A model generated the notes under the pieces. It searched no databases. It saw only the letters and a program-made list of their open reading frames with translations, and was not told where the DNA came from. A DNA stretch of 54,507 nucleotides from a virus (taxonomy: Duplodnaviria; Caudoviricetes): IMG/VR virus record IMGVR_UViG_3300020045_002715, positions 1 through 54,507 of that record, one strand, 5' to 3'. This document shows positions 36,231-44,570 of the stretch, in pieces. The position numbers and the translations under genes were made by a program. Position 1 is the stretch's first letter. Every line of letters starts with the position of its first letter.

Positions 36231-37097
36231 TTAGCCTTTCTTTACAGCGGCGAGAATGGCACGGAAATGATCGCGGCAGATTTTGCCCGCTTCTCCGCCG
36301 TCGAGCTTTCGGCGTGCGATTGGCGTATCGAAAGCTGCACGGAAGTATTCCGCTAGTTCGATCTGCTCATCACTTAGCCCTGCCTGCGCGCCGTTAGCGG
36401 GATGGGCGGCGAGGGCGCGTGCAGCGGCGGAATCAACTGGGTATAACCGCTGCACAGTGTCGATGGCATTATCCAGCGATTGCGGGTTTTCATGGCTCCC
36501 CACCAGTGCTTCCCCGACCATATCGTCCAATTCTGAATTGTCTCGGATATACCTGTAGCACGAAGCTTCAAGTGCTTCTTCCAGCGCCGCATCGCGCCCG
36601 CTATTCGGCTGCACGCTGGCGGCGACAAGCGCACGGCGGTGGCTTTTCTCTTGTCTGTCATACTGCTCTTTTGTGGCATCTATAAAGCCGATTCTGTTAT
36701 AAAAGACCTGATAAACAACATCATCGCCCTGCACTGGCGCAGCGGCTGGCACGGTGAAGTGGACCAGAACCTTTTGCGCAAACTTGATAAGCGCGTCTTC
36801 CATCAGACGATTTGGGATATCCCCTTTGAATCTGACGCCGCAATCATGCGCCAATTCCAGTGCATACACCTCATCGAATGGCCCTGCCTGCGCCGGTACG
36901 CTGGCGGCGCGCTGGGCAAGGGCGGCTTGCCATGAATTCCATGCTTCATCGACCCAGAACGAAGCATACCGGTGCGGAAGGTTGGGGTGGCGCGCAAAGC
37001 ACACGGCGGCATGCCGTGACCGAATGGATACCTCAAACGCCGCCCGCTCATCCTGCGGCAACTCCCCGCCCTGCTGTTTGTTGGTAGTGGTGGTCAT
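36231..37097 (-). CDS. Mosaic cassette protein A (linker-scaffold family)
   Basis: Starts MTTTTNKQQGGELPQDE after a GGAG RBS; shares five linkers with 42284-43084. Confidence 0.8.
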   Translation of the reverse strand: MTTTTNKQQGGELPQDERAAFEVSIRSRHAAVCFARHPNLPHRYASFWVDEAWNSWQAALAQRAASVPAQAGPFDEVYALELAHDCGVRFKGDIPNRLMEDALIKFAQKVLVHFTVPAAAPVQGDDVVYQVFYNRIGFIDATKEQYDRQEKSHRRALVAASVQPNSGRDAALEEALEASCYRYIRDNSELDDMVGEALVGSHENPQSLDNAIDTVQRLYPVDSAAARALAAHPANGAQAGLSDEQIELAEYFRAAFDTPIARRKLDGGEAGKICRDHFRAILAAVKKG

Positions 37098-37273
37098 GCT
37101 GCTCTCCCTGTATTTTTTGGTCCCTGCATAATCCAGCCAGCCGCCCATGCTTGCCGCGCCCACGTCGGCCACGACAAGCGCATGGCTCGCTGGTGGTTAA
37201 GCGACAGCCCGAGTGAATAGGCGCTACGGCCCATCGCCTCAAATGCCCGCTTTCCCGATGGCGGGCGCTTCAC
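37094..37273 (-). CDS. 59-aa protein with a ribosome modulation factor (RMF)-like pattern
   Basis: GTGA and ATGA overlaps on both sides; MKRPPSGKRAFEAMGRSAYSLGLS...ARQAWAAGW. Confidence 0.5.
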   Translation of the reverse strand: MKRPPSGKRAFEAMGRSAYSLGLSLNHQRAMRLSWPTWARQAWAAGWIMQGPKNTGRAA

Positions 37274-37983
37274 GGCTTCACCTCTGGCTGTGCTGGTGCT
37301 GCGTCTTCTTCTGACTGCCCGCTACTGTCGCAAGAAGAACATTCCTGCTCGGTTCCGATGTCAGCATCGCGCACCATCCATCCGGAGCCATGGCAAGCTC
37401 CGCATTCTGCTGGTGCTTCTGGTGCTGGTGCTGGCTGATGGCTAGCATTAATAAATGCAACCTCCAATGCAGCCTTAATAGCCCTTCGAATTATCTCTGG
37501 CTGTCCAAGCCGATAAAGATCCCCAATATTTTCTGCCGCCTCTACCATTTCATCAGTAACGCTCAGCGCCGCTTGCGCATGCTGCTGTGGGGCGACATAC
37601 GTTCCAGCATTAATTTGACCCATTTCATCCGGATTAAACCCACGGCCACACGGAGAAAGAAAATCGCCATGATCATTGCGGATGGAATCACCTACGACTT
37701 GAAACACAGGGCCGTGGATTTCTACCAGAGCCTTGTACATCTGCCTCTGGCTGTCCGACGTGAATTGCCCGTCAGGCTGCATCTTTAAGCCTTTCAGGCC
37801 ATTATGTGCTTTGTCTGTGATAGCAGCCACGGCGTGGTCCGTGTGAGTATTAATAAAACTTACAATATCGCTAAAAGGCTCCGCGCATCGCCCTGTAGTT
37901 TGCGTAACACGTGAGTATTGACGCAAAAGCTCAGTCAACTGTTTGCTATCCACCGTCTCAGCCTGCTTCAAATCGTTGTTCAT
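37270..37983 (-). CDS. Mosaic cassette protein C with C-terminal CxxCxGxG zinc finger
   Basis: AGGAG RBS; QHAQAALS linker shared with 43081-44301; CGACHGSG..CSSCDSSG. Confidence 0.75.
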   Translation of the reverse strand: MNNDLKQAETVDSKQLTELLRQYSRVTQTTGRCAEPFSDIVSFINTHTDHAVAAITDKAHNGLKGLKMQPDGQFTSDSQRQMYKALVEIHGPVFQVVGDSIRNDHGDFLSPCGRGFNPDEMGQINAGTYVAPQQHAQAALSVTDEMVEAAENIGDLYRLGQPEIIRRAIKAALEVAFINASHQPAPAPEAPAECGACHGSGWMVRDADIGTEQECSSCDSSGQSEEDAAPAQPEVKP

Positions 37984-38140
37984 GTTCTCTCCTAGTAGGT
38001 GTGTTTGATTCGTAATAGTACAGCAATTATTTGCTACGTATGTGGACGATCTGCAACAAATGCACAAATTAAATATTTCCTATAAGTTTGTGCTATATTG
38101 ATTCCTGAAGTAAACAAACCACAACACAAAAGGTAACGAC

Positions 38141-38416
38141 ATGACTAAAGCAATTCTCACCCCAGCACAGACCGCCATGGCCGACAAAAACGACATCATC
38201 CTTAACTGGTTGATTGACCATTTGCGGCTGAAAAACGACGCCGCACTCGCCCGTATCATGGATTCCGCCGCGCCGGTCATTTCCAAGATGCGCTACGGTA
38301 AGCTGCCGTTTGGCGCCGTCTACCAAATCCGCGCGCATGAACTCACCGGCCTGTCGATCCGCGAGATTAAAGACATGATCGGCGAGAAGTCGCTTGCTCG
38401 GATTGTGCTTGATTGA
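38141..38416 (+). CDS. XRE/Cro-like HTH protein in an oppositely oriented island
   Basis: LKNDAALARIMDSAAPVISKMRYGKLP..HELTGLSIREIK. Confidence 0.75.
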   Translation: MTKAILTPAQTAMADKNDIILNWLIDHLRLKNDAALARIMDSAAPVISKMRYGKLPFGAVYQIRAHELTGLSIREIKDMIGEKSLARIVLD

Positions 38417-38468
38417 CGCTCGGCAACGGAGTAAAGTAAGCCCACAGCAGTCTTAACCGGAGAGCGCC

Positions 38469-38618
38469 ATGGAAGTCATTACCCGCCCAGCAAAAGAAGC
38501 CGTACGCCATTGGCTTGCTGACCGCCGTGTTGCTGGCGCTCCTCCTCCTACTCCAGAACAAATCAGGCGCGAGCTTTCGTGGGGTATGACTGCCGATAAG
38601 CAAAGTTCCACAAGATAA
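38469..38618 (+). CDS. 49-aa small protein
   Basis: GGAG RBS; MEVITRPAKEAVRHWLADRR..PPPTPEQIRRELSW. Confidence 0.6.
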   Translation: MEVITRPAKEAVRHWLADRRVAGAPPPTPEQIRRELSWGMTADKQSSTR

Positions 38619-38744
38619 AGCCCGGTATTTGCAGCAGACAGAGCTGTACCGAGACGGGTAAATCTCGGTGACATAATCCCCGCACGCGCTTGCGGTTCTG
38701 TTGAGCGAGAAACCGCGTTAGCTGATCTGCACCAAGCGCGCAAT

Positions 38745-38779
38745 AAAAAGCCCCGACATTTGATAGTGTCGGGGCTTTT
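38745..38779. terminator. Bidirectional intrinsic terminator
   Basis: AAAAAGCCCCGACA..TGTCGGGGCTTTT. Confidence 0.85.
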
Positions 38780-38795
38780 GCTTTATGCCTAGAAT

Positions 38796-39167
38796 TTACA
38801 GTTTGATGCGATCAAGCAAGTAGCGCAAGCTGATGTTGTTCTGCTCAATAAATAGTACAAACCCAGCCAACTGATTGCCCATCGGAGAAGAAGGCTCTCG
38901 GCCATTTCCGATAGCTGCGCCACTAGTTGATTCTGGTGCCGATGGCGGCATTACTGGCGACAAACGTTGATGGAGGTTTGACAGCAACTGCGCCGTATCT
39001 GTAAGCGCGCTTTCTAGTCGGTCTATTTGCTCGGGGATTTCCTGAACGTGCGGCTTCTTACTTTCGCAGTATTCTGCCTGCCCGAATTGCCCACGTGGCA
39101 TCGGTGATTGCCCCACAGTCTGCGATCCAGCGAGAAATCGATTTAGGTGACACGCATCTTCTTGCAT
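38796..39167 (-). CDS. Hypothetical protein
   Basis: AAGGA RBS; coiled coil ..LHQRLSPV.. Confidence 0.6.
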   Translation of the reverse strand: MQEDACHLNRFLAGSQTVGQSPMPRGQFGQAEYCESKKPHVQEIPEQIDRLESALTDTAQLLSNLHQRLSPVMPPSAPESTSGAAIGNGREPSSPMGNQLAGFVLFIEQNNISLRYLLDRIKL

Positions 39168-39213
39168 TGTAATTCCTTTCAATTGCGCCACTCAACCGGA
39201 GCGGCTACGGATA

Positions 39214-39411
39214 CTATTCTTCCCTAGGAGTCTTCCGCCTATCCGCCACGCGCCTATCAGGCAATCCGCTAGCCTGGTAGGGAAGGTCAAGCTTACGCCT
39301 GTCGCGACTCTCCTGCCTAGCTGCCATGCGTGCGTCAATGGTAGCCATGAGTTTGTCGATGTAGTCACGCTGCTCTTGCGTGGCTGATTCGTAGGCTTCT
39401 TGCGAGTTCAT
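39214..39411 (-). CDS. Small protein with repeated DRR motifs
   Basis: SRDRRK..PDRRVADRRK. Confidence 0.6.
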   Translation of the reverse strand: MNSQEAYESATQEQRDYIDKLMATIDARMAARQESRDRRKLDLPYQASGLPDRRVADRRKTPREE

Positions 39412-39866
39412 TTTACCTCCACGCCAGCGGCGGTAAGGGCCGCGAGGCCAGCTTGATATGCATCGCTGCTTTCGAGGTCAATCCAGTAAAGCATACTTGT
39501 GCATTGTTTCAAGGCATCTACTAACTGCGCATTAGGAGCAGAATTGGCATTAATGTAGTTGATAATGCCTTGGCGGGCCGATTGATACTCATCCGCGTTG
39601 TATTCTTCGCAGGAGCTTTCATGCGAAAACTTATCAAGCAGGGCCATAAATTCGGGAGTGTCAATTCCTGCATCGCTCATCGCCTCTTTAGGCGGCTGAG
39701 AGGCCGCTTTAAGATCAACCAGCGTGCGCGTTACCTCGTACACTTCGATAGGCCCATCCTGCTCGTATTGGGCCGCATAGTGTTTGATTTCGTTGAGCGC
39801 GTTGCTTCCCATAGTGCCAGCTACGCACATATCATCCTGCCATACTTCAAATTCTCGGTCGTTCAT
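39408..39866 (-). CDS. Hypothetical modular early protein
   Basis: Coupled ORF. Confidence 0.65.
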   Translation of the reverse strand: MNDREFEVWQDDMCVAGTMGSNALNEIKHYAAQYEQDGPIEVYEVTRTLVDLKAASQPPKEAMSDAGIDTPEFMALLDKFSHESSCEEYNADEYQSARQGIINYINANSAPNAQLVDALKQCTSMLYWIDLESSDAYQAGLAALTAAGVEVK

Positions 39867-39878
39867 TCCGCTCCCCCT

Positions 39879-40451
39879 TTAAGTACGTGCGCGGATAGCT
39901 GCGGCGGCGCCCATCAGCACAGCCATGTTCATTGCATCAAGATTCTTTTGCGTCTCGCATACCTTTGCTGCGGCTTCACGCTCGGCAAGCACGGCGGCGC
40001 GGGCGTAGGCGCGAACCCAATCGATCAACTTTTCATCGTGGCCGCCTTCAAAACCGAATTCAACCAGCCGGGAAAGAATTTTGCCGAAGTACTGCGAGTT
40101 GAGGGCTTCATCGATCTGCGTCAGCGACAGAGCTATGTCTTTTTCCGGGAGCAGCCTAGCGGCCTGCCATGCCATCCATGCCGCTTGATCGGAATCATCG
40201 ACATAGGACCCATCGTGGCGGCGAATCATGTATTCGTCATCAGTGATGTCCAACCGAAGCATTTCACGCTCGAACAGCGTGCGCTCGCCGTCAACTGGTT
40301 CCGGCAGCTCCCCTACCGCACCATTAGCAGGAGAGGGAGTGGCGATAGCTTCGCAAATTGCGTCAGCCAACAAGGCACGATTTGATTCTGTCGCGCCAGA
40401 CGTCCACAGTACGCGGTCGATGACAGCGCGAATCTTTTGGTCTTGTCTCAT
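39879..40451 (-). CDS. Modular early protein
   Basis: PANGAVGELPEP, ERTLFE..AAWMAWQAA, AEREAAAKVCE..AAAIRAR modules. Confidence 0.7.
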   Translation of the reverse strand: MRQDQKIRAVIDRVLWTSGATESNRALLADAICEAIATPSPANGAVGELPEPVDGERTLFEREMLRLDITDDEYMIRRHDGSYVDDSDQAAWMAWQAARLLPEKDIALSLTQIDEALNSQYFGKILSRLVEFGFEGGHDEKLIDWVRAYARAAVLAEREAAAKVCETQKNLDAMNMAVLMGAAAAIRART

Positions 40452-41188
40452 GCTTTTTCCTTTGCCATAGCGTTGATAGCTCCGATGAAGTCGTTGAATT
40501 CATTTTCGTTGCCCGACATTGCACAGGTTTCGATGATCTTGAAGCGCCGGCCGTGCGCCGCGCCGGGGATATGCCCTGTGCGCAAAACGCGCTCAAACGT
40601 TCGCCAGTTCGCAGCATCCCGCGCCACATCACCCGCTTGCTGTGCGACTGGTTGCTGGGCGGCATAGAGCATGCGCGTTTCATATGGCCCACCGCCGTCT
40701 TCGGGATCTGGAAAGCCGTCATACCAGTCAGAACAACCACACTTGCGCCATTGGTTGATCTGCCCCACCGCTTCCACTTGCTGTATTGGCTGCGCATCAG
40801 CCAACTCCTGAAATGCCGACAGCAGATCATGAACGGACAGCGTGATGCGCCGATCCTCAATGTCACCGACAGCGTCCATGTGTTCGATATTCGTACCGAG
40901 AAAATCAATCACGTCTTCCGGCGTGCTTGGAAGCGTTGGCATGGCTGGCTGTTCGACAGAAGCGGATTGACCAAGCTGATATGCGAACCACACAGCATCA
41001 AAGCTGGCAAGGCGGTACTCGCCCATAGCTACCTTGCGAGCAGCCTCAACGGTTGCATTAAGCTCACCACGCTGCTCTGCCGCTTTGCAATGCGTGCAAT
41101 CAAGATCGCCGCCCGTCCACTTTGACAGCGAGCCTGTATCAAGGCACGCAGCGCACCGCGCTTCCATTGGCGTTACTGGGGCGGTCAT
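40448..41188 (-). CDS. Modular early protein with N-terminal zinc finger
   Basis: CAACLDTG..CTHC; YETRMLYAAQQP. Confidence 0.7.
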   Translation of the reverse strand: MTAPVTPMEARCAACLDTGSLSKWTGGDLDCTHCKAAEQRGELNATVEAARKVAMGEYRLASFDAVWFAYQLGQSASVEQPAMPTLPSTPEDVIDFLGTNIEHMDAVGDIEDRRITLSVHDLLSAFQELADAQPIQQVEAVGQINQWRKCGCSDWYDGFPDPEDGGGPYETRMLYAAQQPVAQQAGDVARDAANWRTFERVLRTGHIPGAAHGRRFKIIETCAMSGNENEFNDFIGAINAMAKEKA

Positions 41189-41364
41189 TTTGCACCCTTA
41201 GCGGCACAAAACACAACGCCTTCGCGAGTATCTGCCTTGTCATACTGACGCTTCCATTCTTTTGCTGCTGCTTGGCAAGCAGCTTGCGTATTGAATTCAA
41301 CGCTTCCAACGGCAACGCCTTTTGCGTTAAACCCGACCATTGCGACAACCAAAATGTAGATCAT
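41185..41364 (-). CDS. 59-aa putative exported/membrane peptide
   Basis: GGAG RBS; MIYILVVAMVGF..EFNTQAACQAAA..FCAAK; ATGA overlap with the next gene. Confidence 0.6.
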   Translation of the reverse strand: MIYILVVAMVGFNAKGVAVGSVEFNTQAACQAAAKEWKRQYDKADTREGVVFCAAKGAK

Positions 41365-41408
41365 TGCTCACTCCATATGATGCTGGCTAACCAGCGTTTA
41401 GATGATTA

Positions 41409-41437
41409 ATCATACCGCAGCAATTATCCGCACGCAA
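41409..41437 (-). promoter_or_regulatory. Promoter with GCGGATAA motif
   Basis: TTGCGT-17 bp-TATGAT. Confidence 0.65.
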
Positions 41438-41491
41438 GACAAATAGCTAAAGTAGCGCAGAAACAACAAAGCCCGACTAGCGGGCCTTGGA

Positions 41492-41722
41492 TCAGCGTTT
41501 CATGCAGGTTGCCGTTACCTTGGCCGACTTGTTTAGCGCCAGCATCTGCGCTTGCCTGAGCGGCAGGCCGATCCGCTTCTGGTTGTAGCAGCCGAGCCAG
41601 TCGGACGGCGGCTCAAACTGCACGTACACATGCGGGTAGGTCAGCGCCTCGCCTGATGGGCCTTTAGCCGGGCCAGTAGCCAAGGTGATGACGTAGACCA
41701 GTTGCCAAAGTGAGAGTGTCAT
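41492..41722 (-). CDS. Small putative exported protein
   Basis: Hydrophobic N-terminus, two Cys. Confidence 0.55.
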   Translation of the reverse strand: MTLSLWQLVYVITLATGPAKGPSGEALTYPHVYVQFEPPSDWLGCYNQKRIGLPLRQAQMLALNKSAKVTATCMKR

Positions 41723-42039
41723 GGCTGGTCGCCTCCTGCCGCCTTGACGCGTGCTAGCTTACCCTCGGGCCAGGCTGCAACCTCGGCCTGCGCGCTGGCT
41801 ATCTGCTGGGCTAGCGTGGAGGGAGGTACAGTTTTAATCCCGTCGAATTCGACAGAATTGGAAGGCACTACTGGTTCGCTAGGCGCTTGAGACGCATCAG
41901 GCAACAGCGCCATGATGGCAGCGTGCATGCGCTCGGGGCTGTCGCCGCGCTGACATGCGCGGTAGATCACTTCCAAGATCGCGTGGCTGATGACGCTTTG
42001 ACCTTCCAGCGTCGCCGGAAATTTGTTGTCGGTGCTCAT
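41719..42039 (-). CDS. Hypothetical protein
   Basis: Coupled ORF; SNSVEFDGIK module. Confidence 0.6.
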   Translation of the reverse strand: MSTDNKFPATLEGQSVISHAILEVIYRACQRGDSPERMHAAIMALLPDASQAPSEPVVPSNSVEFDGIKTVPPSTLAQQIASAQAEVAAWPEGKLARVKAAGGDQP

Positions 42040-42041
42040 GC

Positions 42042-42284
42042 CTATCCTTCCTTCTTCTGTGGTGCGGCGGCGGGATCAGCTTCGGACCAGCACAATTTCC
42101 TGGAATAGCTGCTTGGCATACGCTTTACCCGTCCAGTTTTTTCCATCGCCTTCAAGCGCCTCAACACGAAAGCGGTGTCGAGCGCCTTGAATCCCTTCTC
42201 GCGCCTGAGAATGTTAGCGATGACGTAGGTCATCAAGCGGCCGTACATCGCCGCGACGATTTGATCGTCCGTTGGCTTCACCAT
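42042..42284 (-). CDS. Small winged-HTH-like protein
   Basis: MTYVIANILR..TAFVLRRLKAMEKTGRV. Confidence 0.6.
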   Translation of the reverse strand: MVKPTDDQIVAAMYGRLMTYVIANILRREKGFKALDTAFVLRRLKAMEKTGRVKRMPSSYSRKLCWSEADPAAAPQKKEG

Positions 42285-43084
42285 CACGCGCCGCCTTTCT
42301 GTGCAGCAGCAACAGCAGCGTCACGGCGCTCGCGCCAGTCGCCGCCGATGGACGATTGGGACTCGACCAGCAGGTCCAACAGTACGGATTCCCCTGCCTT
42401 CGCGCCGTTAGCGGGATGGGCGGCGAGGCGATGGGCGGCGATTTCCCTGAGCATGGCTTCCTCACGTGACGTTCTGCCGTCCAAGTAGGCGCGCTCTTTT
42501 GATAGACCAGTATGCCAGGGCTCCACCAGCGCCGCATCGCGCCCGCTATTCGGCTGCACGCTGGCGACTTCCATCCACGCAATCCACGCTTCGTTGACCC
42601 ATGACAGGGCGTACAGGTGCGGTAGGTGGGGATGCCTATCCAAACTGGCGTATTGGTTCCTGCCTCTGATGTGCTTCTCGAACCTCTCGCGGGCATCGCC
42701 CTGCACTGGCGCAGCGGCTGGAACAGGGGCGGTGTAGAGCGCCCATTGCCACACTAGGCGCGTGAATTCATCACCCAGCGGGTTGCCTTTGTACTTGCGA
42801 TTGATGTTGTACATGACCTCGCGCAAATGCTCGTCAGTCATTTCTCGCGGGACGAGTTTCCACCCCTCGGGCTCTGCTGCAGGCTGCTGCACTCCCTGCG
42901 CCGGTACGCTGGCGGCGCGCTGGGCGAGATAGGCGCGGGCGTATTCGGCCATCTGGTCAGCGGTATAGCCGGCTATTGCATACGGGCGCTCGTCTTTGCT
43001 TCGCATTGTGGCGTGACAGGCCGGCAGCGGCGGCAGCTCATCCTGCGGCAACTCCCCGCCCTGCTGTTTGTTGGTGCTGGTCAT
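42284..43084 (-). CDS. Mosaic cassette protein B (linker-scaffold family)
   Basis: MTSTNKQQGGELPQDE; shares five linkers with 36231-37097. Confidence 0.8.
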   Translation of the reverse strand: MTSTNKQQGGELPQDELPPLPACHATMRSKDERPYAIAGYTADQMAEYARAYLAQRAASVPAQGVQQPAAEPEGWKLVPREMTDEHLREVMYNINRKYKGNPLGDEFTRLVWQWALYTAPVPAAAPVQGDARERFEKHIRGRNQYASLDRHPHLPHLYALSWVNEAWIAWMEVASVQPNSGRDAALVEPWHTGLSKERAYLDGRTSREEAMLREIAAHRLAAHPANGAKAGESVLLDLLVESQSSIGGDWRERRDAAVAAAQKGGA

Positions 43085-44301
43085 TGTTTTTCTCCAGTAG
43101 CTATAGCGGCGTCAACAGCGGAATCCAAACCACTCTTAGGCCCCGGCGTTAAGTTAATACTTTCAGGATCATCGCCGATATGCTCATCACGAAGGTAACG
43201 ATACCGTGCCGCCTCGCGCGTTATATCCGGCTGCGCTGGTACCGCGTCTAGTTCAACGCCGCAATGCGGGCAGTCGCCATCTGCATCAGCGCGCTGCTCG
43301 GGCGTATAGGGTTTTTTGCAACTCCAACATTTCAGTACGGCCGCTGGTGCTGCGGCTGGCCGATGGCTGGCGGCGAGGATGGCAGGAATTAATTCAGACG
43401 GCAAAACCATATCCCACGCCCCGTATCCAACCCCAACAGCAGTTTCAACCGACGAGACAATCTCGTTGATCTGCTCATCGCTCAGCGCCGCTTGCGCATG
43501 CTGCGGTGGGGCGGCTGGCTTGGCTTCTTCGATCACTTCCAGCGCTTCGGCCCATGGGCAATTCACATTGCTGTGCTCGCCGATGTCGCGCCCGAAATAC
43601 TTGGTGATGGCTTCGGCCAGCTTGTCGGCCCATTCGTGATACTGTTCACGGTCGCGGATCGTTTGGTCCCATAGGTCATCGTCGGACGGGCGCATTTCAA
43701 ACACTGGAACAGACTTCCATTTCCCCGCGCCGTCAATGTCGCCCTGTGCACGCGCATCATTGATATGTTCCTGTGCGCTTTGATGATCCGGCGTCACAAA
43801 CTCAGGATTGCCGCGCTCATCAATTATCACAAAAGCGAAAGGCTCCGCCGCATCCACCGGTTCCGCTGGCGTGGCCGGTGCTGCATCTTCGCAGCGGCCC
43901 AGTGGATTGCGGCAACTTTGCGCATCGCATGCGGCTGGGTTGTCGCATGACTGAGGCGAAGAGTCGCGCTTGATCGCCCCCATAACGCTCTCTACCTGCG
44001 CATCGGTGATCGCTGGATTATAGCGGCGTAGATCGGCTGGCGTGTTAGGCTGCGGCTTGGCCTGAAGTGCCGCCAGTTCCAGCGCCAGTTTTCCGTAGGC
44101 GGCTTGCGACTGCTCAAGCGCAGCCTGCAAGCGCTCTGCGTCACTCTGCGCCTGATTGTGCAGGTCCAGCAGCTTTGCGTTGATGTCACGCTCGGCCGAC
44201 AGTTCGGATTCCTGGCGGCGCACCAAAGCGATTACTTCTAATGCCTCAGCTTGCTTGAGCATCCCATGCGTAGCCCATTCCTGATATTTGTCTAAGTTCA
44301 C
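43081..44301 (-). CDS. Mosaic cassette protein D (coiled coil plus modules)
   Basis: QHAQAALSDEQI linker, CWSC..CPHC finger, EAARYRYLRD..LDSAVDAAI terminal module. Confidence 0.75.
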   Translation of the reverse strand: MNLDKYQEWATHGMLKQAEALEVIALVRRQESELSAERDINAKLLDLHNQAQSDAERLQAALEQSQAAYGKLALELAALQAKPQPNTPADLRRYNPAITDAQVESVMGAIKRDSSPQSCDNPAACDAQSCRNPLGRCEDAAPATPAEPVDAAEPFAFVIIDERGNPEFVTPDHQSAQEHINDARAQGDIDGAGKWKSVPVFEMRPSDDDLWDQTIRDREQYHEWADKLAEAITKYFGRDIGEHSNVNCPWAEALEVIEEAKPAAPPQHAQAALSDEQINEIVSSVETAVGVGYGAWDMVLPSELIPAILAASHRPAAAPAAVLKCWSCKKPYTPEQRADADGDCPHCGVELDAVPAQPDITREAARYRYLRDEHIGDDPESINLTPGPKSGLDSAVDAAIATGEKQ

Positions 44302-44534
44302 TTTGCTTGCTCCTCAATAGTTATTTCGTTGGCTGCAATAATCTCAGGATTTCCGCGCAGATACACCCATGTTTTCAGCGCGCTACTGTGCGGATCGTCG
44401 CTGCGCTGGAACTGCTGGATAAAGTACGGCTTACCTTTGTACATCACAGGGTGCGCGTGTTCGTGCGCTTTAAGAAGAAGCCGAGCATGGTTGTACTCGG
44501 CTTCGGCTGGGGTAACAGGGTTCGGTTTGTTCAT
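44298..44534 (-). CDS. Hypothetical protein, possibly leaderless
   Basis: ATG lies 5 nt downstream of a predicted -10 box. Confidence 0.6.
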   Translation of the reverse strand: MNKPNPVTPAEAEYNHARLLLKAHEHAHPVMYKGKPYFIQQFQRSDDPHSSALKTWVYLRGNPEIIAANEITIEEQAK

Positions 44535-44539
44535 GCGTA

Positions 44540-44568
44540 ACTATGCCACAGTAATTATCTGCGCGCAA
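44540..44568 (-). promoter_or_regulatory. Promoter with GCAGATAA motif variant
   Basis: TTGCGC-17 bp-CATAGT. Confidence 0.55.
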
Positions 44569-44570
44569 GG

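Noticed and set aside
36900-36907. GCTGGCGG in linkers L2/L4 as Chi sites
   Set aside because: It is one mismatch from E. coli Chi, but the host Chi is unknown and such octamers are common in GC-rich Ala codons, so it is unsupported.
36231-44301. Linker repeats as a CRISPR array, DGR or invertase shufflon
   Set aside because: Each repeat is a different sequence present twice, in direct orientation and in frame within genes. There is no cas gene, reverse transcriptase, adenine-specific TR/VR pair or site-specific recombinase.
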